This document shows, in pieces, positions 45,501-55,443 of a DNA stretch of 64,000 nucleotides. The DNA is from a virus (taxonomy: Duplodnaviria; Heunggongvirae; Uroviricota; Caudoviricetes), in IMG/VR virus record IMGVR_UViG_3300037067_005176, positions 125,081-189,080 of that record. One strand, 5' to 3'. The notes under the pieces are model-generated. The model saw only the letters and a program-made list of their open reading frames with translations. It had not been told where the DNA came from and searched no databases. The position numbers and the translations under genes were made by a program. Within the stretch, counting starts at the first letter, position 1. Each line of letters begins with the position of its first letter.

Positions 45501-45962
45501 ATGGCTGGATGTTTTGGCGGATCTGACATTGATCGTTGGATGAAACAAAATCTTGATCGTTATCTTGATGAAGGAAAATCAGGAAATCGTGAATTGCTTC
45601 TCAAGCTGTTCAAAGGAAAGAAGTTAATCAAAGAGTTTTGGAAAGATGTTTCAAATGAAGACGATTGTTATCATGTGATGAAAGAAGCACTTATTGAAAT
45701 TCACACTCGTCAGTTGAAGAAATATCTTTACGAGATGACTTCTGGGCCAACTTTGTTTCACACTCCTTATAAAGGTGCTCACACTTTTTATAACCCCGAA
45801 ACTTGCTGCAGTTATTATTGGTCAATTGACAAATATGCTCAACAAAAGATTCTTGAGAAGTGGGCAATGTTACCAAAGACTTTTCACATTAAGAATAAAG
45901 AATTCAACTTGTTACGAATGGGTAAGTACTCAATCGTATGCTCAGACATATATGAACAATAA
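45501..45962 (+). CDS. Hypothetical protein (153 aa)
   Basis: ORF with RBS aaggatt. Confidence 0.45.
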   Translation: MAGCFGGSDIDRWMKQNLDRYLDEGKSGNRELLLKLFKGKKLIKEFWKDVSNEDDCYHVMKEALIEIHTRQLKKYLYEMTSGPTLFHTPYKGAHTFYNPETCCSYYWSIDKYAQQKILEKWAMLPKTFHIKNKEFNLLRMGKYSIVCSDIYEQ

Positions 45963-45984
45963 ACCAAAAAGGAAGAGACACAAA

Positions 45985-47019
45985 ATGAATGAAAAAAAAG
46001 AAAAGACATATTGTGTTTATGTTGGACGCTTTCAGCCTTGCCACTTGGCACATGTGAAGACAATTCAAAATGCTTTAGCGATCGCTGATGAAGTTTGTAT
46101 TATCATCGGCTCTTATCGCCAAACTCCTACGGTGAAAAACCCATGGACGTTTGATATGCGAGAGAAGATGATTCGCGCTTGCTTCAGCATTCAAGACAAT
46201 GAACGAATCAAAGTGGCTCCTATGCGAGACTATCTTTACAACGATAATACTTGGATCACTTCCATGTATGACATCATTGCAAAGATGACAAACAATTCCG
46301 AGAATGTTCAAATCATTGGACATAAAAAGGATAAGTCCACCGAGTATCTTGAATTCTTTCCATCCTGGACTTGGGTCCCTCAACCAAATTTCGACAACAT
46401 CAATGCAACAGACATCCGCATGGATTTGTTTACTCACTGTATGGTGAAAGAAACATCCGGCACTGTGCATCCTGAAGTTGTAAAACTTATTCACAATTGG
46501 AAAGCAGGCAACGAGCTCTTTACGAATCTTGTTGCTGAATTTGAATTTGTGAAGAAGTATCGTGAATCTTGGAAGGTTGCACCATATCCTCCAACATTTG
46601 TTACATCTGATGCAGTATGTGTCAAGTCTGGGCATGTGTTGGTAATCAAGAGAGGTATGAATCCTGGTAAAGGGCTCTTTGCTCTCCCAGGTGGATTTGT
46701 AAATCAAAATGAAGATGTTCGTACAGCATCTATCCGCGAGCTTCGAGAAGAGACTGGAAAATGGATGAGCGTTGATGATCTTGATGAAAAGATTGTTGCA
46801 GAACATGTCTTTGATCATCCTAAACGCGATCCTCGTGGTCGTTGCATTACACATGCGTTTTTGTTCAAGCTTAATGATAAAGGACCTCTTCCTTTAGTTA
46901 AGGCTGACGATGATGCAAGCGATGCAATTTGGATGCCGTTCTCTGATGTGATTGCAAGTGAAGAAAGCTTCTATGCTGATCATGCGCATATAATTTGTTA
47001 TTTTGTTAATAAGCTATGA
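45985..47019 (+). CDS. Bifunctional NMN adenylyltransferase / Nudix hydrolase (NadM-Nudix, NatV-like)
   Basis: N-terminal GRFQPCHLAH (HxGH-type NMNAT motif) and C-terminal Nudix box SIRELREETGKW. RBS aaaggaagag upstream of ATG 45985; the ORF-track start 45775 overlaps the upstream gene. Confidence 0.65.
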   Translation: MNEKKEKTYCVYVGRFQPCHLAHVKTIQNALAIADEVCIIIGSYRQTPTVKNPWTFDMREKMIRACFSIQDNERIKVAPMRDYLYNDNTWITSMYDIIAKMTNNSENVQIIGHKKDKSTEYLEFFPSWTWVPQPNFDNINATDIRMDLFTHCMVKETSGTVHPEVVKLIHNWKAGNELFTNLVAEFEFVKKYRESWKVAPYPPTFVTSDAVCVKSGHVLVIKRGMNPGKGLFALPGGFVNQNEDVRTASIRELREETGKWMSVDDLDEKIVAEHVFDHPKRDPRGRCITHAFLFKLNDKGPLPLVKADDDASDAIWMPFSDVIASEESFYADHAHIICYFVNKL

Positions 47020-47201
47020 ATAAGAAATACAAATTAACCAAAGAGACCATTATTGTTGATTCATCAACTCTATATAGAATAAAGGCTCTAAACGACATTC
47101 CTTCTTCTAATGTTAAAAAAGGTGATCTAGGTGGATTCATTGAAAATGAATCCAATCTAAGTCATGAAGGTTCTTGCTGGGTCGATCGCGATGTTTATTA
47201 A
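47016..47201 (+). pseudogene. Truncated hexapeptide-repeat gene: conserved N-module only (61 aa), repeat array deleted
   Basis: MNKKYKLTKETIIVDSSTLYRIKALNDIPSSNVKKGDLGGFIENESNLSHEGSCWV then stop. Confidence 0.55.
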
Positions 47202-47218
47202 TCGTCTTTAATTGATTT

Positions 47219-47249
47219 AAGATTCCCACCTTTCAGTGGGAATCTTTTC
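47219..47249 (+). terminator. Rho-independent terminator (gattcccacCTTTCAGgtgggaatc + TTTT)
   Basis: 9-bp stem plus T4. Confidence 0.6.
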
Positions 47250-47332
47250 AGTATATAAATAATCAAAACAATATTTAGTTGGATTTTGATGATATTGTAT
47301 AATGAATACAATAAATTTAGTATGAGGTTATA

Positions 47333-47830
47333 ATGGGATTTAAAGATTATATTTCGGAATCATTGATTATTACTGAAGCCAAAGTAAAAGTTGGCGGTAA
47401 GGAGTTTTCTTCAAAGCGTGAGGCAGCAATTGCGATGGCCAAAGCAGGGGCAACATTTCAAAAAATTATAAAAGCTGTTGATACAACCGAAAGAATGGCG
47501 AAACATTTTGTTTCAAAGTATGGAAATGAAAACAGAAACGGTATCACTCCTGCCACTAAAGGCCAACAGGCTCTTGATAAAGAAAATGCTGATCGTAAGA
47601 AAGAACAATCTTTAAAATTAACTAAGCATTTTAATTTGAAGGGGGCTAATCATATCAAATTAAAAGGTTACACCCATAATCTTCAAGCGATATATCATGA
47701 TGGAACTGGTGATTTTCCTAAAGGTTATGAAATTGGCGATGAATATGGTAACGAAATTTATACTGGTCCAGATAAAGAAAAAGCGATACGCCGCATTTTA
47801 AAACACAAAGAAACTAAAATCAAAAACTAA
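47333..47830 (+). CDS. Hypothetical protein, full-length paralog of 14860..15491
   Basis: MGFKDYISESLIITEAKVKVGGKEFSSK..DTTERMAKHF aligns with 14860. Confidence 0.55.
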   Translation: MGFKDYISESLIITEAKVKVGGKEFSSKREAAIAMAKAGATFQKIIKAVDTTERMAKHFVSKYGNENRNGITPATKGQQALDKENADRKKEQSLKLTKHFNLKGANHIKLKGYTHNLQAIYHDGTGDFPKGYEIGDEYGNEIYTGPDKEKAIRRILKHKETKIKN

Positions 47831-47954
47831 AAAGCACAGGTTTATTTATTGAAGCTGGTGAATTGAACGATAAGTTAAAAGTTGCTGAAGATAAAATGAA
47901 AGTTCTTATAAAGAAGGAACAAGACGCAATCGGTTAAACTTTAAACGTCATATC

Positions 47955-47992
47955 AGACCTCTCAAAAGTGATTTTGAGAGGTCTTTCTGTTT
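47955..47992 (+). terminator. Rho-independent terminator (13-bp stem agacctctcaaaa GTGA ttttgagaggtct + T-rich)
   Basis: Long perfect stem. Confidence 0.65.
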
Positions 47993-48133
47993 CCATTGTA
48001 TCAATACCAAGAAAATTTTGTTCCAAAGCCACAAAGCTTTAAAATGACAAAGAAAGTATAGTGCTTTTTAATGAAATTTTCACTATAGTTCATTTAAAGC
48101 ATAAAACCGGAAGAAAAAAGTTCATTATAACCA

Positions 48134-48162
48134 TTGCAAGCGGATGAAATAGTTTGTATATT
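48134..48162 (+). promoter_or_regulatory. sigma70-like promoter TTGCAA-N17-TATATT in the second copy of the repeated promoter-leader cassette
   Basis: 48069-48192 closely matches 30641-30770. Confidence 0.5.
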
Positions 48163-48192
48163 GTATCTATCAAACGGAACAAAGGATATACA

Positions 48193-48291
48193 ATGAAACA
48201 CATGACCGCAAAAGAGTTGCGTACAAAGCCAAATTTGATTGCAAAATTCATGTTGATTCAAATGAAGAAGAGGATATCTTTCATTAATTAA
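48193..48291 (+). CDS. Very small ORF (32 aa) at the position equivalent to gene 30771 downstream of the repeated cassette
   Basis: RBS aaagga 6 nt upstream. Confidence 0.3.
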   Translation: MKHMTAKELRTKPNLIAKFMLIQMKKRISFIN

Positions 48292-48308
48292 TTTATGATA
48301 AAATTATT

Positions 48309-49574
48309 ATGGCAGATTTAAAATCTAATTGCGACAAATTGAACAATAATGAGTTTAATATGCGAATGCTTGAACTTGGTAAAGAATTGCTTCATGATAT
48401 TGTAAAAGCAAATTATGAAGCATATATCGTTGGCGGTACTGTAAGAGATATCGCAATGGGCCATGATGACATTCATGATGTTGACATTGCAACTAATATG
48501 CCGATTGAAATTATCAAAAATACCTACAAGACTGTTGAATATGGTGGTGGTGAAAAGCACGGTACTATTATTGTAGTTTACAAAGGTTATTCATTTGAGT
48601 TGACACAATTTAGATGTGATGGATTTTATACTGATGGACGACGTCCTGATGATGTAACATTCGTTGAAGACTTCAAGACGGATTGTTCTCGCAGAGATTT
48701 TACAATCAATGCAATGGGAATGAATACTTTTGGAAGCATTGTAGACTTCTTTAATGGAATGTCAGATATTCAATTAGGTATAATCAAAACAGTAGGCAAT
48801 GCTCACGACAGGTTCAATGAAGATGCATTGAGAATGATTCGTGCTTGCAGATTTGCTGGTCGTTTTAACTTTAAGATTGAAGATGATACCATTGAAGCAA
48901 TAAAATCAAATAAACATCTTATATCAAATGTTTCTAAAGAACGTATACTTGATGAAATTAAAAAAGCAAGTTCTTATGGCGGAATCGCCTTTGCGAAGTT
49001 CATTACATACATGTACACAACGGGACTTCTTGATCTTATTATATGCATTAAGTTATCAAGTAAAAATTTTAAAGAAATAATAAGTGCCTTAGAATATAAC
49101 GACTCAAAAGACTTCAACACAAATCTTGTAATTCTTTTATTTGAATGCGATGAAAGTGTTAAAGACGATTTGAAACTTTCAAATGAAAATTTGGAAGTTA
49201 TTAAGTTTGTAAATGATAATTACAGTTCTTATTCTTTACTTAATCAAATGTCAAGAATAAAAGCATATGAAATATGCTCTCATAAGCATTTCAAAGTCTT
49301 AAGAGCGTGTTATATTGCATTTGAAAAACATTGTGAGTTACAAGACACTATGGTTTCTTATGTCTTGGAATACAAAGACGCATATGATCAGCAATCAATC
49401 ATCAGTGACGAGATGCTTAAAACTGTTAAGCCAAGTAAAGCATTTGGATTTATGAAAAGAGAGATGTTAGAATCTCACTTACATGAATTTGAAATGACTA
49501 AAAAGTTGAAAAGCGAAGATAAGATTCGTATATGGGTTGATGAATGGCTACAAGAAGATAAAATTTTTGGATGA
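48309..49574 (+). CDS. cca: CCA-adding enzyme / tRNA nucleotidyltransferase (class II Pol-beta NTase with C-terminal HD-like region)
   Basis: GGTVRD...DVDIAT...RRDFTINAM motifs. Confidence 0.6.
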   Translation: MADLKSNCDKLNNNEFNMRMLELGKELLHDIVKANYEAYIVGGTVRDIAMGHDDIHDVDIATNMPIEIIKNTYKTVEYGGGEKHGTIIVVYKGYSFELTQFRCDGFYTDGRRPDDVTFVEDFKTDCSRRDFTINAMGMNTFGSIVDFFNGMSDIQLGIIKTVGNAHDRFNEDALRMIRACRFAGRFNFKIEDDTIEAIKSNKHLISNVSKERILDEIKKASSYGGIAFAKFITYMYTTGLLDLIICIKLSSKNFKEIISALEYNDSKDFNTNLVILLFECDESVKDDLKLSNENLEVIKFVNDNYSSYSLLNQMSRIKAYEICSHKHFKVLRACYIAFEKHCELQDTMVSYVLEYKDAYDQQSIISDEMLKTVKPSKAFGFMKREMLESHLHEFEMTKKLKSEDKIRIWVDEWLQEDKIFG

Positions 49575-49583
49575 GGAGTTTAT

Positions 49584-49823
49584 GTGTTAGTAAAATTCAA
49601 AAAAGCAAATGTTTCTCAAGCACAGATAAATTGGGGAGGTCATAACGACCCTCGCGGTGTGCTTGAAGTTGGAAAGGAATATGAAATTGCTTATGCTGAT
49701 GTACGATCATCGCATACAAAGATATTCTTGAAGGACTTCCCAATGATAGCGTTCAATTCAGTTTGGTTCACTTGGTCGGAAACTGACGATATTTTTGAAC
49801 TTCCTGGCATAAATCGGTCGTAA
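49584..49823 (+). CDS. Hypothetical protein (79 aa)
   Basis: RBS gaggag. Confidence 0.45.
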   Translation: MLVKFKKANVSQAQINWGGHNDPRGVLEVGKEYEIAYADVRSSHTKIFLKDFPMIAFNSVWFTWSETDDIFELPGINRS

Positions 49824-49912
49824 AGAATTTGAATACAGAAAAAGTAATGTTATTCAAGTTATAGATTTCGTTGATAATTATAAAGATGCACAAGCATATG
49901 TTTAACCGTTAA

Positions 49913-50380
49913 ATGCATATGAAAATAGACACAAACATAAATACAAAACATTGTGATTTACAATCATTAAGAACACCTAAAATTTCTGATGTTCCTGATT
50001 TTATTCATTGTCCTTACTTTGTTACTGGTAGTGTGAAATTTGGATGTGCAAAGCGGAGCAGTGATTTGGATATTGCAATTCCTATTAACTACAAAAGTAG
50101 CATTTTCAAAAGTAAATATTTTCCATCTGAATATAATGCAGGATTCAAATTTATGCACAACGGCATTTGCCTAAATATTATTCCATTACACCCTTTGGAT
50201 TATGTTGCTTGGAATCATGCATCAAAAATTATTTGTACGCTTGGCCTGTTTATTAACCCAATGCCTTTATCAAAATATAAGCGTTATTCTTTACATGAAA
50301 TGTATATAGCAGCATCAAAAATGGCTATTGGCCAATATAATATTGATTTTGAAAATTATGAAGAGTTTTTAAAATTTTAA
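49913..50380 (+). CDS. Minimal nucleotidyltransferase (Pol-beta superfamily; GSVKFGCAKRSSDLDIAI)
   Basis: GS-x9-DxD NTase signature. Confidence 0.45.
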   Translation: MHMKIDTNINTKHCDLQSLRTPKISDVPDFIHCPYFVTGSVKFGCAKRSSDLDIAIPINYKSSIFKSKYFPSEYNAGFKFMHNGICLNIIPLHPLDYVAWNHASKIICTLGLFINPMPLSKYKRYSLHEMYIAASKMAIGQYNIDFENYEEFLKF

Positions 50381-50599
50381 ATCTGAGGAAGTATTCAATT
50401 GAATATAAAATCAAAGCAATAAATTATTAAAGTAAAGGAATACTATGATTGAATTGTTCAAAAGAAATAGATTTGTTCAATGGCCGTTTGTCATTATATG
50501 TCTTTCTTATTCCTGTATGTGTTGTTATAATCGCAGGAGTTGCGATTACATGGTCGTTTCATAAGTTAGGTGATTAAGATTAAAATATGAGGAAAGAAA

Positions 50600-51760
50600 A
50601 TGATTGAATTACAAGGTAAGTATAATACCGCAAAGGTATTTACTGATAATTTGGATGAAGGAAGTACTTCACAAATTATAAAGATGATGAATCATCAAGT
50701 TTTTAAAGATTCGTCTGTTCGTATAATGCCCGATTGCCATTTAGGAAAGGGTTCGGTAATTGGATTTACTGCATCGCTAACAGACAAAGTAATTCCTAAT
50801 GTGATTGGCGTTGATATTGGCTGTTCCATTAGTATTGGAAAAATTGAATCCAAAAAACCATGGACATTTGAAACTCTTGATAAGATTATTCGCGGTCACA
50901 TTCCATTTGGAACTAATACGCATTCAAGCCAAGTAAAAATCTTAAAGAATTCAAATTCAAAGCTTGGGGTGATTTTTAATTCAATTGAAAGCGACGTTGA
51001 AAAAATTTCAAAGAAGATCGGTATTGATGTTGATCGCATAAAGTGTTCAATTGGGTCTCTTGGTTCTGGTAACCACTTTATTGAAATTGATACAAACTCC
51101 AATGATGAAAAATATTTAGCATTACATTCAGGTTCAAGAAACTTTGGATTGCAGGTTGCGAATTATCATCAAAAGAAAGCAATCAATTTTATTGAAAAAT
51201 CCCAAGGAACACTTGACGGTTCAGCAAAAGAACTTGCATGGCTTGAAGGAACTGATGCTGAAGAATATTACAAAGATATGAAGACTGCGCAAATTTATGC
51301 GTCGTTGAATCGTTTAACGATGCAGCATATTATATGTTCCGAAATGAATTGGAATATTGATGAAAGTAATTACATTGAAAGCATTCATAATTATATTGAT
51401 TTTGATGCAAAGATGATTAGAAAAGGCGCAATCTCTGCGCAGAAAGATGAAATGGTTGTTGTTCCAATTTCAATGGGCGATGGAATTATTATCGGACGAG
51501 GTCTTGGAAACAAAGACTGGAATTTCAGTTGTGCGCATGGAGCAGGAAGAATTTATTCAAGATCAAAAGCGAAAGAACTTTTATCAATGGATGAGTTTAA
51601 GCAGCGTATGAATGGAATTTGGTCTTCATGTATTTCAACTTCCACATTGGATGAAAGTCCTATGTCATATAAGTCTTTGGATTATATTGTTGAATATGTA
51701 AAGCCGACCATCGAAGTTGTTGAAATCATTAAACCTGTGTACAACTTTAAGGCTAATTGA
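50600..51760 (+). CDS. rtcB: RtcB-family RNA ligase (3'-phosphate/5'-hydroxyl)
   Basis: MPDCHLGKGSVIG, GVDIGC, GSGNHFIEI, AHGAGR motifs. Confidence 0.7.
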   Translation: MIELQGKYNTAKVFTDNLDEGSTSQIIKMMNHQVFKDSSVRIMPDCHLGKGSVIGFTASLTDKVIPNVIGVDIGCSISIGKIESKKPWTFETLDKIIRGHIPFGTNTHSSQVKILKNSNSKLGVIFNSIESDVEKISKKIGIDVDRIKCSIGSLGSGNHFIEIDTNSNDEKYLALHSGSRNFGLQVANYHQKKAINFIEKSQGTLDGSAKELAWLEGTDAEEYYKDMKTAQIYASLNRLTMQHIICSEMNWNIDESNYIESIHNYIDFDAKMIRKGAISAQKDEMVVVPISMGDGIIIGRGLGNKDWNFSCAHGAGRIYSRSKAKELLSMDEFKQRMNGIWSSCISTSTLDESPMSYKSLDYIVEYVKPTIEVVEIIKPVYNFKAN

Positions 51761-51829
51761 TGAAGCTTTGTTTGAAATGTCAGAAGCCTGTCTTACAATT
51801 TTTAGACAGGCTTCTGTAATTCGTATAGA

Positions 51830-52363
51830 GATAAAAGCGGTGTAAATAATCCTTTCTTTGGTAAGACTCATAGCATTGAAACAATTGATGCAATGAAAAT
51901 AAAATGCAGAATAAAATCAAAAGAACTTTGGTTAAAAGATGATTACAGAAGCAAAGTGATTGAAAGATCTTCAAAGCCAAGACATAAAGATTTTAAAACA
52001 GATCAAAGTAAAAGCACAAAGAAATATTATAATGAACACCAAGAACAAAAAGTCATTCGTTCAATTAAAATGAAAAAACGTTGGCTTTCAGGTGAAATGA
52101 ATGGTATCGTTAAAAAGGAAAGTCTTGCTGAAAAGGAAATGTTCAACGCATTAAAGCTTTTGTTTGTCGATGTTGAAAAGAAACTGATTATTATAAATGA
52201 AAAGGCTTATGTTCCTGATTGTATATGCTTTGGAAATACAATCATAGAATATTATGGTGATTGTTGGCACGCTAATCTAAATAAGTATAAAAAGAATGAT
52301 ATAGTGCATAGTAATAAAACTGCTGAAAAGACTCAAAAGTTACTTGAAGGCAAACAATCGTAA
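51830..52363 (+). pseudogene. Homing-endonuclease-related fragment: NUMOD3 motif (NPFFGKTHS) plus C-terminal nuclease-like domain (PDCI...IEYYGDCWH), no N-terminal catalytic domain
   Basis: Frame open from 51830 without start. The ORF track begins at an internal Met 51893. Confidence 0.4.
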
Positions 52364-52391
52364 CAAAACAAACGAGATTTATAACACATTT

Positions 52392-52418
52392 AAAGGCGAT
52401 CGTATTGACCGCCTTTTT
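52392..52418 (+). terminator. Rho-independent terminator closing the rightward gene block
   Basis: aaaggcg...cgccttt + T5. Confidence 0.55.
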
Positions 52419-52584
52419 AGTCTTTTTTCGTGAAATTTATGATGGTACTTTGATTGTTCTCTAATGTCATTTTAATGCTTTATAAACACTTCCAGTTTTC
52501 TGACATATATTGTATCAAATAATCTATCCGGTAAGTATCCGGATCATTCTGGTGTCCGTTTAAAACACGATTTCTTGTTATAAA

Positions 52585-52617
52585 GACAAAAAACCGCAAG
52601 CTTTTGATCTGCGGTTA
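52585..52617 (-). terminator. Rho-independent terminator closing the leftward gene block
   Basis: On the - strand: aaccgcaGATCAAAAGCTtgcggtt + T6. Confidence 0.55.
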
Positions 52618-52634
52618 ATTTTATGCTTTATATT

Positions 52635-52913
52635 TTAAACGGAATTTACTTCACCGCTTCTTTCAGGAAATGAAAGAGGAACTGATTGACTGTTCTTTGA
52701 ATCGTTTTTTGAATCTTCTCTTGACATTGAAAGATCTTTTAATCTTACTTCAATATCTTTTCCATCGACACTTATCCAAAGATGATTCTTATCATTGGTT
52801 TCTTTATCAATAATTTTTACTTTGTTTCCTTTGTAGTATCTTTGATTGTCAGGCATGTCAGAGAAGTGATTGTTCATGCCTTCAGTTTTATAATAATGTG
52901 TCTTAAATTTCAT
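52635..52913 (-). CDS. Hypothetical protein (92 aa)
   Basis: ORF with RBS. Confidence 0.45.
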   Translation of the reverse strand: MKFKTHYYKTEGMNNHFSDMPDNQRYYKGNKVKIIDKETNDKNHLWISVDGKDIEVRLKDLSMSREDSKNDSKNSQSVPLSFPERSGEVNSV

Positions 52914-53074
52914 TGTGAAACCTCATGAGATTGTTTCAAGTATTTATTGTTTCATTATTGTTATGAAATTATTTTCATATCCGCATTTAGTTCTGTGCTT
53001 ATTAAAACAAAAAGAACAACTATGACCCTTTGTCTTAGTTGTTCTCAATAATTTATTAATATCTTTTTGTATAA

Positions 53075-53257
53075 TCATAAGAGTGTTAGTCTATGAACTT
53101 GTGATGTACAAAACATTCCACTTTTATCAATATGTGTTTTCCATTCGGTGATTATTTTATATCTTAAGCCGCAGACGAAACATTCAATCACATCATCAGA
53201 TTTGTAATCTTTGCCGTCTTTCATTAAAATATCATTACACATTCCACATCGTTTCAT
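53075..53257 (-). CDS. Small Cys4 zinc-ribbon protein (CGMC...CFVCG)
   Basis: Two CxxC pairs. Confidence 0.4.
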   Translation of the reverse strand: MKRCGMCNDILMKDGKDYKSDDVIECFVCGLRYKIITEWKTHIDKSGMFCTSQVHRLTLL

Positions 53258-53276
53258 ATCAACACCTCAATGATAT

Positions 53277-53591
53277 TTATTTAAAGCCTTTCCTTCGTCG
53301 TTCATATTCTTCCAATTCTTTCATAACGTTTTCGTAATAAGGCTCGGGATCATCGGCATAAACCAAATCGCAAAAAGGACAAGCATAAAAAGCATCAAGA
53401 ATTATTAACTTCGTATGTCCTGTCCTAAAGTCAAATCCAATTTTATAAGGAACAGCGTTAACGAATACTTTATCAGCTTGTCCAAAGTATTCGCTCCAAC
53501 CGAAACGAGATACAAACTCTTCATCTACGATCATTTGTATTCGATCAACATAAGGAACGAAATGTTTTCTACAAGATGGGCATTGTTTCAT
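53277..53591 (-). CDS. Zinc-ribbon family protein (CPSC...CPFCD), 104 aa
   Basis: CPxC...CP[FY]CD pattern. Confidence 0.45.
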   Translation of the reverse strand: MKQCPSCRKHFVPYVDRIQMIVDEEFVSRFGWSEYFGQADKVFVNAVPYKIGFDFRTGHTKLIILDAFYACPFCDLVYADDPEPYYENVMKELEEYERRRKGFK

Positions 53592-53633
53592 TTAAGATGT
53601 TCTCTAAAATCAATTGCACTAGGTTCATTACAC

Positions 53634-53861
53634 TTAGGACAACTGATAACTAATGTATATCCTTTTTCTTTCTTTTTCTTTTACACAATTTTCGATATAA
53701 GAAAACAATTCAATAGGATTGCTATTCTCACCAGTCATGAATGATTTGTAAAAGCTTTTACAAGAAGGACAGCGTGTTTCATAGAACTTGTTGCCCTTTT
53801 TATACTTGAAGTTATCTTGAATAAAAGGATGAAGCTTATCAAATGTTATTTCTTCTTTCAT
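53634..53861 (-). CDS. Zinc-ribbon family protein (CPSCKSFY), 75 aa
   Basis: CxxC motif, family N-terminal pattern. Confidence 0.4.
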   Translation of the reverse strand: MKEEITFDKLHPFIQDNFKYKKGNKFYETRCPSCKSFYKSFMTGENSNPIELFSYIENCVKEKERKRIYISYQLS

Positions 53862-53872
53862 AAAATTTCCAA

Positions 53873-54292
53873 TTACCCGTTCAAGATTTCCTTAAGAATA
53901 GTTGAAGCAATCTTCATATCCATTCCTTCATGAGATTTGAATTCACCCATGAACTTTCCAACAGGTGTACCATGACCAAGACGATCAACAGCTTCTTCAA
54001 CGATTGCGCGAATGGCAATCTCATGTAAAGACTTTGGTCTGAAATTGTCAAGCACAGAAATCAAATGAACTGACTCGGAATAATCAACGCCTTTGTCTTT
54101 GCACATTGCGATTGTTTCTTCGGCATTCTTTGCCATCTTTTGAACGACAGTAACAATCACATCATCAGCAGTGCCTTTGATATCTTTGATTCTGTCAACT
54201 TCTCCAAGCAACACAGTAAGAACACCTTTAAGAGCCTCGTCCTTAGCTTTCATTGCAGTCATTCTCATTTCTTTAATCCTTTCGTAAATCAT
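53873..54292 (-). CDS. GatB/YqeY-domain protein
   Basis: MIYERIKEMRMTAMKAKDEALKGVLTVLLGEVDR... matches the YqeY pattern (MKAKD...L..L...I). Confidence 0.5.
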   Translation of the reverse strand: MIYERIKEMRMTAMKAKDEALKGVLTVLLGEVDRIKDIKGTADDVIVTVVQKMAKNAEETIAMCKDKGVDYSESVHLISVLDNFRPKSLHEIAIRAIVEEAVDRLGHGTPVGKFMGEFKSHEGMDMKIASTILKEILNG

Positions 54293-54301
54293 ATAATCTC
54301 C

Positions 54302-54568
54302 TTAATCGTAATACGATTCTCTATATGTGTATGTAGTTGCAAACTTTTTAATATAAACGTAGTGCAGTTGAGTGTTGTTCCATGCATCTAAAGAATTCTT
54401 TCTTAATGTTATAACTACAGGATAACACTTAGGACAACCGAACACATCAATAAGTTGCTTATCAGGTGACTTATCCCATCCGCATTTGTAAACTTTAGCA
54501 ATGAAGGCTTTGAATTCATCAAAGTTGTTTATCAACACGCCGTTTGATTCTTGGTTATCTTTAATCAT
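54302..54568 (-). CDS. Hypothetical protein (88 aa)
   Basis: ATGA-coupled to queC. Confidence 0.4.
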   Translation of the reverse strand: MIKDNQESNGVLINNFDEFKAFIAKVYKCGWDKSPDKQLIDVFGCPKCYPVVITLRKNSLDAWNNTQLHYVYIKKFATTYTYRESYYD

Positions 54569-55287
54569 GAGTGTACCGGATCAAGATCTTTAAGTTGTTC
54601 AACCGGTTCATCAACACATTTCAATACTTCGCATTCATAATCAAACTTACAATCATACACAAGATTTGCAAATTGAAATGAACCATTTCTGTTTCTCTTA
54701 TGGATATCCATCATCGTTAATGCGTCCTCATAAGTTCTACAAGGAACGCATTCACCACATCGTCCTGTTGCGATATTTCTATTAGGATATTCGCAGAAGT
54801 GAGTCAACTTATCCAATCCCCATTCTTGAATCGTTGCAACTATTTGTTCTTTAGTTGAAAATCGTAATGGAAAACTAAATTTGATATTCTTGTCGCCCAT
54901 AACTTTAAGCATGAGATCGGATGCTTTGAGCATATTATGTTGATGAGCAAAGAAGTCATCACCCTTATGATATCCCATGTGATAAGTTGTTTCGTCTTCA
55001 CCAAATATAGAAAGCATGGTGATCATGGCAGGCTGTTGAAACATACCTCCATTATAACCTTTAAGTCCATTTGTTATTGGGAAGTCAAGCTTAACCTTTT
55101 GAACATCAATCTCTTTCTTTAAATAACGCATAATATCAAATCTTGCGCGTTCTTCAAACTCTTTCTTGAGAATTCCAAAGTTATCAGTTTCAAACACAAT
55201 AGCATTCACTTTTACGCCTTTATTTACAAGATCGCAAAGAATCAAAGTTGAATCCATTCCACCTGACCAAACTACAGTATGCTTCAT
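54565..55287 (-). CDS. queC: QueC-like 7-cyano-7-deazaguanine synthase (PP-loop ATP pyrophosphatase)
   Basis: VVWSGGMDST PP-loop and C-terminal CGxCxxCxxR zinc motif (CGECVPCRTY). RBS gaggt upstream of ATG 55287. Confidence 0.6.
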   Translation of the reverse strand: MKHTVVWSGGMDSTLILCDLVNKGVKVNAIVFETDNFGILKKEFEERARFDIMRYLKKEIDVQKVKLDFPITNGLKGYNGGMFQQPAMITMLSIFGEDETTYHMGYHKGDDFFAHQHNMLKASDLMLKVMGDKNIKFSFPLRFSTKEQIVATIQEWGLDKLTHFCEYPNRNIATGRCGECVPCRTYEDALTMMDIHKRNRNGSFQFANLVYDCKFDYECEVLKCVDEPVEQLKDLDPVHS

Positions 55288-55443
55288 ATTACCTCGGGAT
55301 TTATGCAAACTTATAAAAAGTATTATGCATCAGTTTAATAAATATAACAAAAATGTAACGATTATGAATTTAAATTCGAAAAATAATTTTTATGCTTATA
55401 TAAGATCGCAGGATTCAATCACAGCCAAAGCTGGAACTCCATA

